Shown piece after piece: positions 27,089 through 40,499 of a DNA stretch of 64,000 nt; position 1 is the stretch's first letter, and each line of letters begins with the position of its first letter. The notes under the pieces were generated by a model. That model worked only from the letters and a program-made list of their open reading frames with translations, was not told where the DNA came from and searched no databases. The translations under genes and the position numbers were made by a program. Origin of the DNA: Octopus bimaculoides. Taxonomy: Eukaryota. The DNA lies in contig NC_068991.1 of NCBI RefSeq assembly GCF_001194135.2, positions 35,964,918-36,028,917 of the forward strand, in the 5' to 3' direction.

Positions 27089-27702
27089 TATATATATATA
27101 TGTATGTATGTGTGTGTGTGTGTGTGTATATATATCATATCATTTCTACAAAGAGAAGCTTCGAAAGCGTGGGGACACTAAATCGGTTTCAGCTTCAATT
27201 CACTCGTGTTTAAGTTTGATACTTGTGCATCACATACACAAATGCCCGTGCGCACGCACGCACGCACGCACATTCACAGAAATCATTTGAAACTCAAGAG
27301 ATACGGTGCCCACGTTTGAGATAGTTACTACTCCTATACACACAACACAACTTTCATTGCATGCAAAGTTTTTACACTACTGATTATCATGGTATAATTG
27401 ACTCGGATACTCTCAGATCCACAAATGTATTAAGTTCTCTTTTCTACTCCTACTATAATGGCCTCTGTACTTCAGACCTTGCTCGTCTCATTTCTCCATC
27501 TCCTCCTCGGTACCTTCATTACACTTGACTCTCCATCGCTCGTCTTACAAGTTTGCATTAAAACATTCGACCTCACAGTAACCACCATATACAGTCATTC
27601 TTCGCAAGAAAAATCGGATAGAATCATCTACCTGGTGACTTCTTTTCTGCACATGTTCAAGTTTACCAGTCTTGCAGGCCCTACAAGTGTGTGTGTGTGT
27701 GT

Positions 27703-27784
<82 letters not shown>

Positions 27785-28523
27785 AGAGAGAAATGTTGCA
27801 ATCGGACAGGATATACTCAGAGAGCCGGTATAATGGTTTTGCGAATTTGATTAAATGCCGCCGAGGTTAACTTTGCTTAATAATCTTCTGAAATTCAAAC
27901 ATATATATATAATTTGATAAACACAGTATATACTTTTACGCACTACTATTAGTTTCATGTGCTGAGAACATGCCAGATAGTATTTTTAAACACGTCTGGT
28001 GTCCTAGCACAATCATCAGGCACTGTCTACATGGCATATTTCGTTATACCATGTGGGCAATGCCTGATGATTACGCTAGCATATCAGACGTGTTTCAAAA
28101 TACTGTTTGGCATGCTCTCAGCAGATGAAACTAATAGTATCACATAAAAACATATATTGTTTATTAAATAATATTTATCTCTCACCAAATGGACTACTAT
28201 TTTTGTTGATCTTACCATCACGGAACTATATATATATACATATATATATATATATANNNNNNNNNNNNNNNNNNNNNNNNNNNNNNNNNNNNNNNNNNNN
28301 NNNNNNNNNNNNNNNNNNNNNNNNNNNNNNNNNNNNNNNNNNNNNNNNNNNNNNNNNNNNNNNNNNNNNNNNNNNNNNNNNNNNNNNNNNNNNNNNNNNN
28401 NNNNNNNNNNNNNNNNNNNNNNNNNNNNNNNNNNNNNNNNNNNNNNNNNNNNNNNNNNNNNNNNNNNNNNNNNNNNNNNNNNNNNNNNNNNNNNNNNNNN
28501 NNNNATATATTTATACATACTAC

Positions 28524-28554
<31 letters not shown>

Positions 28555-28689
28555 TATACATACATACATACATACATACATACATACATAGACATGACAG
28601 AAGCAAATAGATACCCTTATAGTCATTAGAATTTATTTAAATCTGAAATTATACATTCAAATTATTTATTACCTGTTATAGTGTGAACA

Positions 28690-29020
28690 TTTAATATTTA
28701 GTAGACATGCCCTTTACATTTTTCAAAGCGAGGACCCTATTATGCATGTTACTGATTAGATGAATATTCTCTTGCGGAATTTCTTGCCAAGTTTCAAGCA
28801 ATAATCTCAAAATATCTGGATTTGAAGGTGTTTTCTCCTTCTTTTTATGAAGTGTTCTGTCCATTATTTCCCAGAGGTGTTCAATAGAGTTCATAACTGA
28901 TCACTGGCTTGGATATAGAAACTTTTTCTTCGTGGTTAAGGCCAGAACAATGCGTAGTAAATGCAAGACAAATCACAAGAAAACAAATATATGAATTAAT
29001 GTAGACTTACCTTGCATTCA
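28690..29020 (-). mobile_element. Tc1-like transposase C-terminal fragment
   Basis: ORF 28691-28894 (MNSIEHLWEIMDRTL...ETWQEIPQENIHLISNMHNRVLA..NVKGMSTKY) is the NPIEHLW ... GG.TKY pattern. Confidence 0.85.
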
Positions 29021-29164
29021 ATATTTTGGGGTTATGACCCCATTTTCAAGAAATTAGCAAATGTTACCGATGTGTGTGTGTGAGATCACACACATGCACA
29101 CACACACAAACTCACACAACCACAAACACACGCGCGCGCACACACACACATATACATATACATG

Positions 29165-30348
29165 TATAGTATGCGTAAGATACTTGAGGACAGATTTAAG
29201 TTTAAAAAAATAACAGATATATAATAACAGATAATAACTTTATTTATTAAAAAATGCTTTGAAGATAAAAATAAACCTTCTTTTCTGTAATATTATTCAA
29301 TAAAGCCACCTTCAGCTTCAACAACTGCTTCTATATGAGATCTAAATCAGCTGCCTGCTCGTATCAAGTGGTCCCGGTTCATTTTGGACATTACTCCGAC
29401 TATGGCAGCTTTCAAAGAATCTTTGGTGCTGTGGGCGTGTTCATTTCCCTCTCGCTCAACAACGCTCCACATGTAATTGTCCAATGGATTGTGATCTAGG
29501 GAATTAGGAGGCCAAACGTTAGGGGTTATGTGATCATGAAAATGTGTTGCTAGAACCATGTGTGATAGTGCAGAGTCTTACTGAAAGACATATGACCTTC
29601 CATTGCATACTCTTTCTATCCAGGGCTTAGCAATTATTTCCAGGACCTCAATGTAGGCGGCAGAGTTAACTCTAAGGTCTTGTGGGAAGAAATAAGGAGG
29701 CATCACATGTCTTTCATTGCTGACAACCCCTAAAACCATGACAATTGCAGGAAATGTTGTATACATAACACTTGGAACTTCAGAAAGGTTTGAATATAAC
29801 TATGTGTCATTTCTTCTGTTAACTTTTTGATCTTGGTTGAAGTTTTTGTCGTTTGAGAAAAAACAAATCAAATCTTCTGCTAGATTTTTCAGTTTGTTTA
29901 AGAGCCTTTTATATCTGAAGTAGTGATTTTCTTTTTCTGACAAATTGACCTTTCCTCATCATAAAATACTCATATCTGATGTCTTCGTGGACAACATTTC
30001 TAACTGTTCTTTCTGACTTACTGGATGAATTCAGGTGTTCTGATGATTTCAGAGCGTTTAGAATGCTTTTTTATGCTTGGATACAGGTGATACGTTTCCA
30101 TCTTCAGTCTCTAGCTTCTTATAAACTTTGTAGACGCAAGATCTGGCAACTTTTAAAAATCGAGATATTTCTAAATCGCTATGCTCAGCCTTTATAACCA
30201 CAATAGCAGCATGCCTATTTATTTCTTGAGTAAGCTGAGAGATTGCCATTATTATTTTGCGAAACAATTATACAGAGTTATCAAAAAATGCGGCAATGAC
30301 CCCCTCCCCGAAAAAAGGTATGTCCTCAAATACCTTACACACCCTGTA
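29165..30348 (-). mobile_element. Tc1/mariner-superfamily element (maT/Bmmar1-like motif) with TIRs and TA flanks
   Basis: Left tatagtatgcgtaagatacttgaggaca matches the reverse complement of the right end, tacagggtgtgtaaggtatttgaggaca. Remnants: HTH (LEISRFLKVARSCVYKV), VMVLGVVSNE..MPPYFFPQ, WPPNSLDHNPLDNY. Confidence 0.9.
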
Positions 30349-30352
30349 TATA

Positions 30353-31585
30353 TATTGGGCTGGCAAGAAAGTAATTTCGGTTTTTTAGAGTGAAATAAGT
30401 CATTTTTGTTTCGTACAAAGAATGAACTTTAATTAATCATACATTTTTCAGTTTGTTCGATGACTTTTTTCCATCTTTCTGGCACATTCATGATTCCACG
30501 CTCACAGAATTTCTGGTCCTTATCAGTCAAAAACTGAAACAAGTTCGATTTCAGGTCATCGTCATTATTGAAAGTTTTACCATTCAAAGAATTTCGCAAA
30601 CTTCGAAATAAATGGTAATCTGATGATGCAAGATCAGGGCTATATGGTGGTTGTGACATCACTTCTCAACAAAGCTCCAATAATTATTCACGAGTTAGCA
30701 AAAACAAGTGTGGTCTAACGTTGTCATGGTGGATTAAGATTTCTTTACCATTTGCCAATTATGGCCGTTTGTCTTTGATTGCTTCCTCCAGTTTCATTAG
30801 TTGTTGACGGTAAACATCTGAATTGATCGTTTGGTTCCTTGGAAGCAGCTCAAAATATACAACTTCTTTGTAAGCTGACCAAATTGACAGCATGACCTTG
30901 TTTTGATACAATTCAGCTTTCTATGTGCTTTGTGCTGGTTCATTACGCTTGGACCATGATTGTTTTCGATCGATGTTGTTGTAGACAATCCATTTTTCAT
31001 CACCAGTGATGATTCATTTAAAAAAAAGGTTGATTTCATTGCGTTTGAGATGTTTTCGCGAATATTGATTCGTTAAGTTAAGTGAGTCTCTTTCAATTTA
31101 TGTGGAACCGAAATATCGAGCTTCTTAACGATTCCAAGACATTTTAAGTGATTTTCAATTGTTGTGTGTTATACATTTAACATCTCCTCAATCTCTCGCA
31201 CAGTTATATCACAATCAGATTCAATTATGGCTTTGATTCGGTCATTATCAACTTCAGTAAGTTGACCAAACGTTGGTCACCTTTGAGGGAAAAATTTCCA
31301 GAACGGAATTTTTAAAACCATTTCTGACATGTGCATTCGGTTAAGCAATCAACACCATAAACTTCACATATCTCTCTGTGAGCCTCAGTTTTTGCACTGC
31401 GTGTTAAAATTTACACTGAACTAAGAACTGTAAACAAAATTGCGCGTAATTTGCTTCTAAAGTAAGCTAAAAGTAACGGTTATCAAATATCCAAAGGAAA
31501 AAAATCATAACATTCACAAAAATCATTAAAAAAGATCGTAACTCTATCTATTTGTGAAAAATGAAATTATTGTCTTGCTAACCCC

Positions 31586-31588
<3 letters not shown>
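30353..31588 (-). mobile_element. Near full-length degenerate mariner element with TIRs
   Basis: TIR tattgggctggcaagaaagtaatttc vs catggggttagcaagacaataatttc (reverse complement of the right end). ORF 30429-30662 QPPYSPDLASSDYHLFRSL..GKTF. Flanked by (TA)n. Confidence 0.92.
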
Positions 31589-31651
<63 letters not shown>

Positions 31652-31757
31652 AAATAGCTAGTTATAAAATCTCAAGTGGAGATAGAGTAGTAATGTATAC
31701 TGAACAGTAAAGCGAGTAGCCACATCAAAGTGACGGTTGAATATTACTACTACCAAA

Positions 31758-31968
31758 GCGGCGAGCTGGCAGAAACGTTAGCGCACCGGGCGAAATGCTT
31801 AGCGGTATTTCGTTTGTCTTTACATTCTAAGTTCAAATTCTGTCGAGGTCGACTTTGCCTTTCATCCTTTCGGATGAAATTAAGTATCAGTTGCGTACTA
31901 GGTTCAATCTAATCGACTGGACCCCTCCCCCAAAATTTCGGGCCTTGCACCTAGAGTAGAAAAGAATG
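31758..31968 (+). mobile_element. SINE (family A: gctggcagaa...gtcgactttgcctttcatcc)
   Basis: Related copies at 54464-54654 and 54667-54875 (minus), degenerate copies near 20270-20600 and 61740-61990; internal B-box-like gttcaaat. Confidence 0.8.
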
Positions 31969-32307
31969 TTACTACTAGTTTCACCCCAGGTGGATTCTCC
32001 GCCAGCTGGTTTTTGGCGCAAGCCCTGCACCATTTAATTGCAATGTATAGCTAGCAGGAGGAGCGAACCCCTACTACTCTCCAGCAGCTAACAGGATCAC
32101 GGGACTGCTCCAGTTTCGAGCTATTTGGCTCATCTCTAGCCGTGCAAACCTGCGCAGTGGAGTGATAGCTAAGATCCGTTTCTATCAGCGATATATTGAA
32201 AACAAAGTGACCATCGGTCACTGATTTGTTACAAGCAAAATGGTTAGCTACATAATCTCAAGAAGAAACAGAGTAGTAACATATAAGAAAAGACACGCAC
32301 ACACACG

Positions 32308-32430
<123 letters not shown>

Positions 32431-32907
32431 TGATCTGTATGTTCATACTTAAGAAGTTTGTTTCGCAACTACAAGATCCCGATTTCAATCCCTATGCCTC
32501 CATTATCGCACCTCAACTCGTATGAAGCGAAAGAAACATGGTAGACTGAAATCGCATCGAAGACCGTCCAATGCATTGTACACGTATACTTGAAAGGTAC
32601 AGTGTTATCATAACCTGTGTCGCCCTGATTCTGCCAGAGAATTATGCATTGACACATACACCTTAATTGAAGGAAGATGCGATTCGGTTGATCGAATGAT
32701 TGAGTCCTCATGGTCGAGATGAGACGATCCATTTAAGTATGTATCTATGCATTACGTCGGTATGCATGTGTTAATGCATACATGCATGTATCTGGATGTA
32801 TGTACATATTTCTCTGTGTATATATATATATATATGTACACACATTAATACACGCACACGCATTCACACACGCACACACATGCACACACTTAAATATATA
32901 TATACAT

Positions 32908-32992
<85 letters not shown>

Positions 32993-33185
32993 CATCAATC
33001 CACAATAACTAAAAGCTCATTTACTATCAAGTCATTAAACTCCAACACCCCATTACAACTGCAGTAAATCTAACTAGGACCGGCTTATATGCATATATCT
33101 GATTAGTTAAAAGAATCTTTAAGAGTAACGTATTTAGTATACACGCAGAAAAGTATAAATTCCACATACAGTTTATAATTTAACG

Positions 33186-33252
33186 TATGAACTATAGGAT
33201 ATATATATATATATATATGTATATTATGAACTATAGGATATATAGGACTATA

Positions 33253-33289
<37 letters not shown>

Positions 33290-33310
33290 ATAGAACTATA
33301 GGATATATAT
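33186..33310. repeat. Minisatellite of actatagga units interleaved with (TA)n
   Basis: Four actatagga(ta)n units plus a partial one, read directly. Confidence 0.8.
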
Positions 33311-36300
33311 ATATATTATCTATATTATATATATTATTTATATTCTGTATATATTATTTATATTGCTATTTGATTGAACGCCACGCATCCATTTCCAAGT
33401 AAGTTTATCATAATCGTTTTGATGCGACTCTACTCTATACTATTTTCTCCCCTTCACCATTTTCTATCTGTCTCTCTCTCTCTCCCACATCATTCTCCTT
33501 TTCTCTCTCTCGCTGCTCACACGTGACCATCGTCCATTTTTGTTTTTCTCACGTGATCATCTTTCTTTTCCTCCAGGACTGTCCTAAGGATTAAACGTCT
33601 TCTATCTTTTCTATCTTCAAAGAAAATATTTCTCCAGGGTTCGCTATTTTACTCTCGTTCTGGTCTAGTAACCTTCCACGTTTGTTTTCGTTCGGTTTCC
33701 TTGTATGTCTCCACTTGTCCTGTTTTCCATTTGTTTCTCGCGTTGTTTTGCGTATTGAACACATTGTTTTCGTATTTCATGTTGTTTACTTTTGGTGAAG
33801 TCGTGCACCCATATATGCATATTTATATATATATATATATATNNNNNNNNNNNNNNNNNNNNNNNNNNNNNNNNNNNNNNNNNNNNNNNNNNNNNNNNNN
33901 NNNNNNNNNNNNNNNNNNNNNNNNNNNNNNNNNNNNNNNNNNNNNNNNNNNNNNNNNNNNNNNNNNNNNNNNNNNNNNNNNNNNNNNNNNNNNNNNNNNN
34001 NNNNNNNNNNNNNNNNNNNNNNNNNNNNNNNNNNNNNNNNNNNNNNNNNNNNNNNNNNNNNNNNNNNNNNNNNNNNNNNNNNNNNNNNNNNNNNNNNNNN
34101 NNNNNNNNNNNNNNNNNNNNNNNNNNNNNNNNNNNNNNNNNNNNNNNNNNNNNNNNNNNNNNNNNNNNNNNNNNNNNNNNNNNNNNNNNNNNNNNNNNNN
34201 NNNNNNNNNNNNNNNNNNNNNNNNNNNNNNNNNNNNNNNNNNNNNNNNNNNNNNNNNNNNNNNNNNNNNNNNNNNNNNNNNNNNNNNNNNNNNNNNNNNN
34301 NNNNNNNNNNNNNNNNNNNNNNNNNNNNNNNNNNNNNNNNNNNNNNNNNNNNNNNNNNNNNNNNNNNNNNNNNNNNNNNNNNNNNNNNNNNNNNNNNNNN
34401 NNNNNNNNNNNNNNNNNNNNNNNNNNNNNNNNNNNNNNNNNNNNNNNNNNNNNNNNNNNNNNNNNNNNNNNNNNNNNNNNNNNNNNNNNNNNNNNNNNNN
34501 NNNNNNNNNNNNNNNNNNNNNNNNNNNNNNNNNNNNNNNNNNNNNNNNNNNNNNNNNNNNNNNNNNNNNNNNNNNNNNNNNNATATATATATATATATAT
34601 ATACATGCAAACATATACATGCTTATTTGTGTGTGTATAGGTACGAAAACTCAAATAATGGAAACAATTCGAAGATCCGTAAGACCACTTCTTTCGGTTT
34701 TATGCCACTTTAAATTAAAGATAGCGTAATGTTATCACTTCAGTTGTAGGTATGTCCAATGTGAGGTTTTCAATTTCTCGACATATAAACACAATTCCGA
34801 TACAGAGACTGGGGTGTATTCGTCAGAAATGTAGCAAAATATGTATATATTATTCCCTCTAATATTCCTTATGTTGTTATGCTCACATAATGAATGGTGG
34901 TCTAACAAGTCTTTGATGTGTACTACCTTAGTGACATCGGGTCCCACTTAGCTAGTAACAACAACGTCACTATTTTCTTGCAAGGATAGAAGTCTGTAAG
35001 GGAGGGATACATACGATTAAATCAATTACAAATGTATTTTGTACTTACTATATAGACACCGGTGAGGTTGGAACTCAAACTTAGAAGAACGTGACTATTG
35101 AACACAGCGTTTGACACATCATCCCACTGTTTCCGATAAGACTTTGCATATGGTCACATATATGGGGAAGGTAATCTAGCCATGGATGTGCCTGTTATTA
35201 ATTATTGTATCGATGATGAAGCAGACTCAACCCTAATAGATGGAAGAAAAAGCTTAGAAAGTTCTGCGCTTTACTGTTTAAATTCCGTATGTCAAGCAGT
35301 TTAGAAACTGCATGTCACTACGAGGATACCTGTACTCCTGACTTACCTGCTCAGTAGGCTGGTTGGCTGGCGTCGAATCCTAATGTAGGTTGACGAATGG
35401 TTGGCTGGCCGGTTTGTTGGCTGACTGACGTGAGAAGGACGGGCGGGTAGGGTTGGAGGTATGCTGAATGTATATAATCCTCTGCGCCTTCATGAATGCG
35501 TTACCTTTGCGTCTGCATGTATGTTTGACTGCATGCCTGTCCGCATGTCTGTCTATCCGTCTTCTTTGTAAGCCTGCGTTATTGACTAACACTGGCTTGC
35601 TATGCAGGCTGATTGGTTGTGAGAATAAAAGAATAAACTAATGCGTGAATGAATGAAGCAAAAATGTAAGAATGAATGAATATACGAACGAACGAATACG
35701 AATTAATGAATTAATATCTTCAGTCGTTTGGGTTCTGTTTTACAACCGGCGACTACTATTGACGGGCGATAGAATGTTGTTTCTATTGTTTTGATTATCC
35801 ACCTTAATAAAAACAGACAGATAGAGAGATGTTGGAAAGGATGAATAAAACCGGAAAAGTAGAGAATGCAAGGATAGGAATACGGCTACAAATATAACCT
35901 TTGGAAAGATAGATGGTTGGGAGGACAGATAAATTAACAGACATACAACTACTATGCAAAATATATGCACGTATCCCTTGGAAGTATCAATTTGGACGCT
36001 CATCCTTGCCATCAGAGTGGGAACCGGCTTCCGAAGCTTATAATTTTGATATGTTGAATTTTTCGCATTGTTAGTAACTAGGTCCAGATTCACAATTAAA
36101 GGTATTAAATCCGTGTTTGGAGAACAATTTTGGTACCACAGACATTGTTGCAGGGTCTGATTTGCCACGATGAACAATGGTGATGTTGAAATAAGTGCTC
36201 TACATTTAAAAAAATAAAAATATTGCTGTTGCTTTACAAATAAGTAAATAATTCGCTTCTCTTGGCTACAACTATTTCGTGTTAAAAAATAGCATGTAAC

Positions 36301-36949
36301 TGATTTAGTTGCTGGAAGTAAATATGATAATCTCTTGGAAGACAAAACTCAAATTTTAATCTATTAGTTCACATTCAGATTTTATGCCTTAATACTTTGT
36401 CAATGAAAGGTTTGAGGGAACAATAATGTTGGGTTGTGCTTAGGATGTTAGCTGCCCTTAATCCTGTCCTAATTGTAATATACATACTTATCAATTTATA
36501 TACATGAATACATGTATATGTGAATGTATATATGTATTAGGTTTATATATTCTAATATATGCATGTTTACACACACAGACACACACACACACACATACGC
36601 ACGCACAAGTAATGCCTTCTCGAAAATCTTGCCGTTACATGAAGTCCCGTAACGCAATATTAATTTTTTCCCATCTTTATGTCATAAAGTGATAATATGC
36701 TCCGTATTTTCTTTATGAAAACTAAAACAATAACAACAAAAACAAACAACATGATTACTTTTATGCATAGAAATAATTTCTAAACACACACGGTACAATA
36801 TGTATACATAAAAATATTTGAAGAGAAATATGTTAGGAAATAAATAAGAATCGCATTATTGTAGTAGGATTTGTTCTTACCACAAAAAACGTTAACTACT
36901 ATGCAAGGAGTTATTGTGACGGAATGTTGACTACTGAGAAGATGAGGAA

Positions 36950-38060
36950 CAATATCTTCTGTCTTACAGTTCATCAACAGTATCATTGTAGCGAAGGGTC
37001 AGAAGTGAAATTGTTGTAATTTTTGTTACATTCACGATTCGAGATGTTAGCAAAAACTTGCAAAATTCCTCTATAAGCGGCAACCATTTAGCTATATACG
37101 TTGTTATCAATTTAAGTGACGTTGAGAATTTCCACATTATCCTCTGTATTCTCAGTTTGCTCTCAGTCAAACAATATCGGCTCCTCTTTAGAAAAAATCT
37201 TTCTCTACGGTATACTAGCAACTAAACCATATCATCTATAACACCTTCAAAGCCGACATCATTTGCAATTGTCATATCTTTATGAATTTGAGTTGGTTCC
37301 GGAAAAACTAGTAAAGTCACGGATACACTCTGGCTATGTATTTTCAAAACACCGTTAACATTTAATGGTATCACATCTTCCCATGACTCAGCCATATAAT
37401 CCACAGCATCCATTGTGTTGGATTTCTCCAGATGTCTGTAATTGTATGTTTATTTTCCTATCAATTGTTTTCATAGGTTGTTTGAAAGTTCTCAGATAAT
37501 ATGCCTTGAAATTAGCTGCTCCAAAGGAGTATTCATGAAGACATATTCAACTCTCACATTATCAGAAAGCTGATTTAATTAAGTTCACTGGATGGCTTAG
37601 CACATTGTCTGAAAGGAGGAATGCTTTGTTGAAAATATTATGTGAGGCACTCTACCTTTCTACAGCAGGAAAAAAAGCGTTTGTAAACCACTCTTCGAAA
37701 AGGCTCTTAGCCATGCTTTTCTTTTTTAATATTAACACGAAATCAAAGGCAAATTAAACTTTCAAAGCCCTTCGCTTTTCAAAGTGATACACGAGTAAGG
37801 GTTTTAATTGCATACCAACAAACCATTTCCTCTCAGAAGAAGCGTCGGGCGATTTTTGGAAGCTTTATATATTGAGGCCGATTTTCCTTTTCGCGAAATA
37901 TAAATTCTAACAGTTGCATTTCCAGGAAAGTATACATAACTCCAGCGTGTAACACGCTTCGTGAACATTTTCTTCTGTTACCCAGGATAATTAGTGGCAG
38001 CCTCTGCTTCGCCATTTTTAATGTGTGAAAATTCAAACGCTTTCAGCCAGCCTTTACTAA
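36950..38060 (-). mobile_element. Tigger/pogo (DDE_1) transposase relic
   Basis: Manual translation SLFEEWFTNAFFPAVER*..KAFLLSDNVLSHP and AANFKAYYLRTF; ORF 37222-37413 MDAVDYMAESWEDV. These are TIGD-type motifs. Confidence 0.85.
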
Positions 38061-38773
38061 TCAGAAAAGGATTTTCATTAGAAGATTCACCTACCTTTCT
38101 GTACTAATCATCATGCAAACATTTTAAAAATTACTATCGTGCTGATCAACATATTAAGTCGATTCTGATCCTCGATTCATACATCCTAGAACCGTTCTAG
38201 TTTAAGTATCACAGATCTTTGGAAAAAAGAAGCTAATTTGTAGCCTTTTGAGAACTTCATTTAATTTTCTATTTACTGTTATGTAATGTTTCTACTGCAG
38301 ACTTTTGTATGCTTTAATGATTTGACAATGTGGCTGTATTTTTCTTTCGCATGAAGCCCTTTTAAAGCACTAAGTATAATATCCAGCGTAATTCTTTTGA
38401 CAGTTTCCTTTCATAGTATTGCCTTCTGTTCTACTTGATGGTTTCTTTCCGGATATCTTAAATTGTTTGTAAATCTCATAGCAGAGGCAATCAACATATA
38501 TTCACAACAAATAGGTTGTAAAAAAAAATGGAACCAAGATCAAAACATTTTATGAGTTCCAAAAATTGGATTTAAGGATGGAGATGAGATGAAAGGGTGA
38601 AGGAGTAAAGTGAAAACAAAAACTGAACAAACAGAATATAATAAAAGGTTACCAGGTTCGTGCGTACCTCGTTGATTGCACCCATTACTTTAACCATAAA
38701 ACTACACACCCTACTCCAACACACACACACGTACACACACACACACACACACACGCACGCATACACACACACT

Positions 38774-38814
<41 letters not shown>

Positions 38815-39099
38815 GCCCAAGAAAACACAAGTAAACGCACAAACACTCCGTCGTGTTCACATACAGCTTATGTAGCTACGGAGAGCTTTCCTGCTGATAC
38901 TATAATTGCTGTTGCTAGTTGATTATTCAAAAGTTAGTGCATTGGTACTGCGGAGGGGAGATGTTGGTAGGATATTTCAGGCCGATGTTATTTTGTTCTC
39001 GTTAAATATATTGTTACTATTTTGTCTCTTTTATCTTTTACTTGTTGCAATCATTAAACTGCTTCTATGCGAGATCTGAATCATCTACATGCCCAAGTT

Positions 39100-39402
39100 A
39101 AATGACCCTGGTACATATCGGACATTACTCTGGCTATGGTGGCTTTCAAAGAATCCTTGGTATTATGAGAATGTTGATTGACCTCTCTCTCAACAACACT
39201 CCACACATAGTAGTCCAATGGATTGAGATCTGGTGCGTTTGGAAGTCAAATGTTAGGGATTATGTAGTCATGAAAATTGTCTGCCGTCCATTCTTATGTG
39301 ATGGCGCAAAGTCCTGCTGAAACACGTACGGCATTCCATTATGTACTCTATCTATCCAGGGTTTGACAACTATTTCCAGGATCTTAATGTAGCCAGCAGA
39401 GT
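39100..39402 (-). mobile_element. Fragment of the same Tc1/mariner family as 29165-30348
   Basis: Collinear nucleotide similarity to ~29360-29665 (ggacattactc...ctttcaaagaatc...ctcaacaac.ctccac...gtccaatggattg...tatttccagga...cagagtta). Confidence 0.8.
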
Positions 39403-39750
39403 TATATATTATATTATAAAGTAAGAGCAGGAAAGTTACATCAAAAAATCATCACAGAAGATACACGTTCAAAATAATTTTGTATTAATAGATAGATGCA
39501 TAAATATATAAAGTATGATTATTTATGATTATCTATTTAAAATAGATAATTATCTATTTTAGATTCCATTTTGAAGGGTAATATATTCATGAAACGATCG
39601 TAAGATATTTTAAACTTTTAAACTTTCTAAATAATCATATATTATATATTTATGTATCTATCTATTAATACAATATTATTTTGGACGTATATCTTCTGTG
39701 ATGAGTTTTTGATGTAATTTTCCTGCTCTTATTTTATAATATAATATATA
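39403..39750. mobile_element. AT-rich fold-back / MITE-like element with ~120-bp inverted arms
   Basis: 39403-39525 is the reverse complement of ~39625-39750 with only scattered mismatches (aagagcaggaaa.ttacatcaaaaa.tcatcacagaagata.acgt.caaaa...gtattaatagatagat). Confidence 0.75.
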
Positions 39751-40499
39751 ATCACTCTTATTAAATGTCTAAATACCTTTAATCTTTTAGACATTTCCCA
39801 ACCAAGAGAAGAGCACTTATTAGAAATTTAGTATATTTTATTCTCATTGAATATATTTGATTAACGATATGTATGTGTATATATATGTAAGTAAGTATGT
39901 ATATACATATCCTTTAAGTTCGTTTACAGGAAACGTTTTGAATATGCATACAAAAGCTCTCATTCTATTATGTCGGCTAAGCTAATGATGCCAAGAGACA
40001 ATACCAGTTTTTGGGTGCCACATTGGAATGTGCCGATATAATGTAGGATAAATATAGTAAAATCATTAATCATATATATATAGTAAAATCCTTCGATGGA
40101 ATTAATAAATATTTTAATGCATTGCTATGCGCGTTTTTACGATTCACCTATTTCTTAAGGCTATAGTTCGTGTTCCTGGTATGATTACAGTGCAGTCCAT
40201 ATAGTCCACGTACATCGGGTAGATCACGTTCATGCATTCATTTCTTCGGGCGAAATAGCATTAATGGATGTTCAATTGAGTGTTGTTTACCAGATTTGAC
40301 CAATCAGAAAAACAAAAATCCAGAAGAACATGGTATGATTTGGTTTTTCTTAGATGAGAAAAATGTTGATGATTACGTTCAGACCCTTCTGAAGTTCTGA
40401 CAGTCACGTATACCAAATTTCATACAACCGTCATGACTTTGGGAATTGTCAGTTATGAATGACATGTGATACCTTCTCACTTCTTTCCACATGGCCACA

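Noticed and set aside
19261-27290. Many YIYI/HTHT/CVCV/MYVC ORFs
   Set aside because: Translations of (TA)n, (CA)n and (TATG)n microsatellites; no coding signal.
27458-27850. Hydrophobic ORF (LLVSFLHLLLGTFITL) considered as a later TMEM196-like exon
   Set aside because: No resemblance to the expected GxxGIxCAxxK segment, pyrimidine-rich composition explains the hydrophobicity, and it runs into (GT)n without a good donor.
35341-35349. Perfect minus-strand donor CAG|GTAAGT (also AAG|GTAAGT near 29005)
   Set aside because: No upstream acceptor or open exon-like frame; such 9-mers occur by chance in 64 kb.
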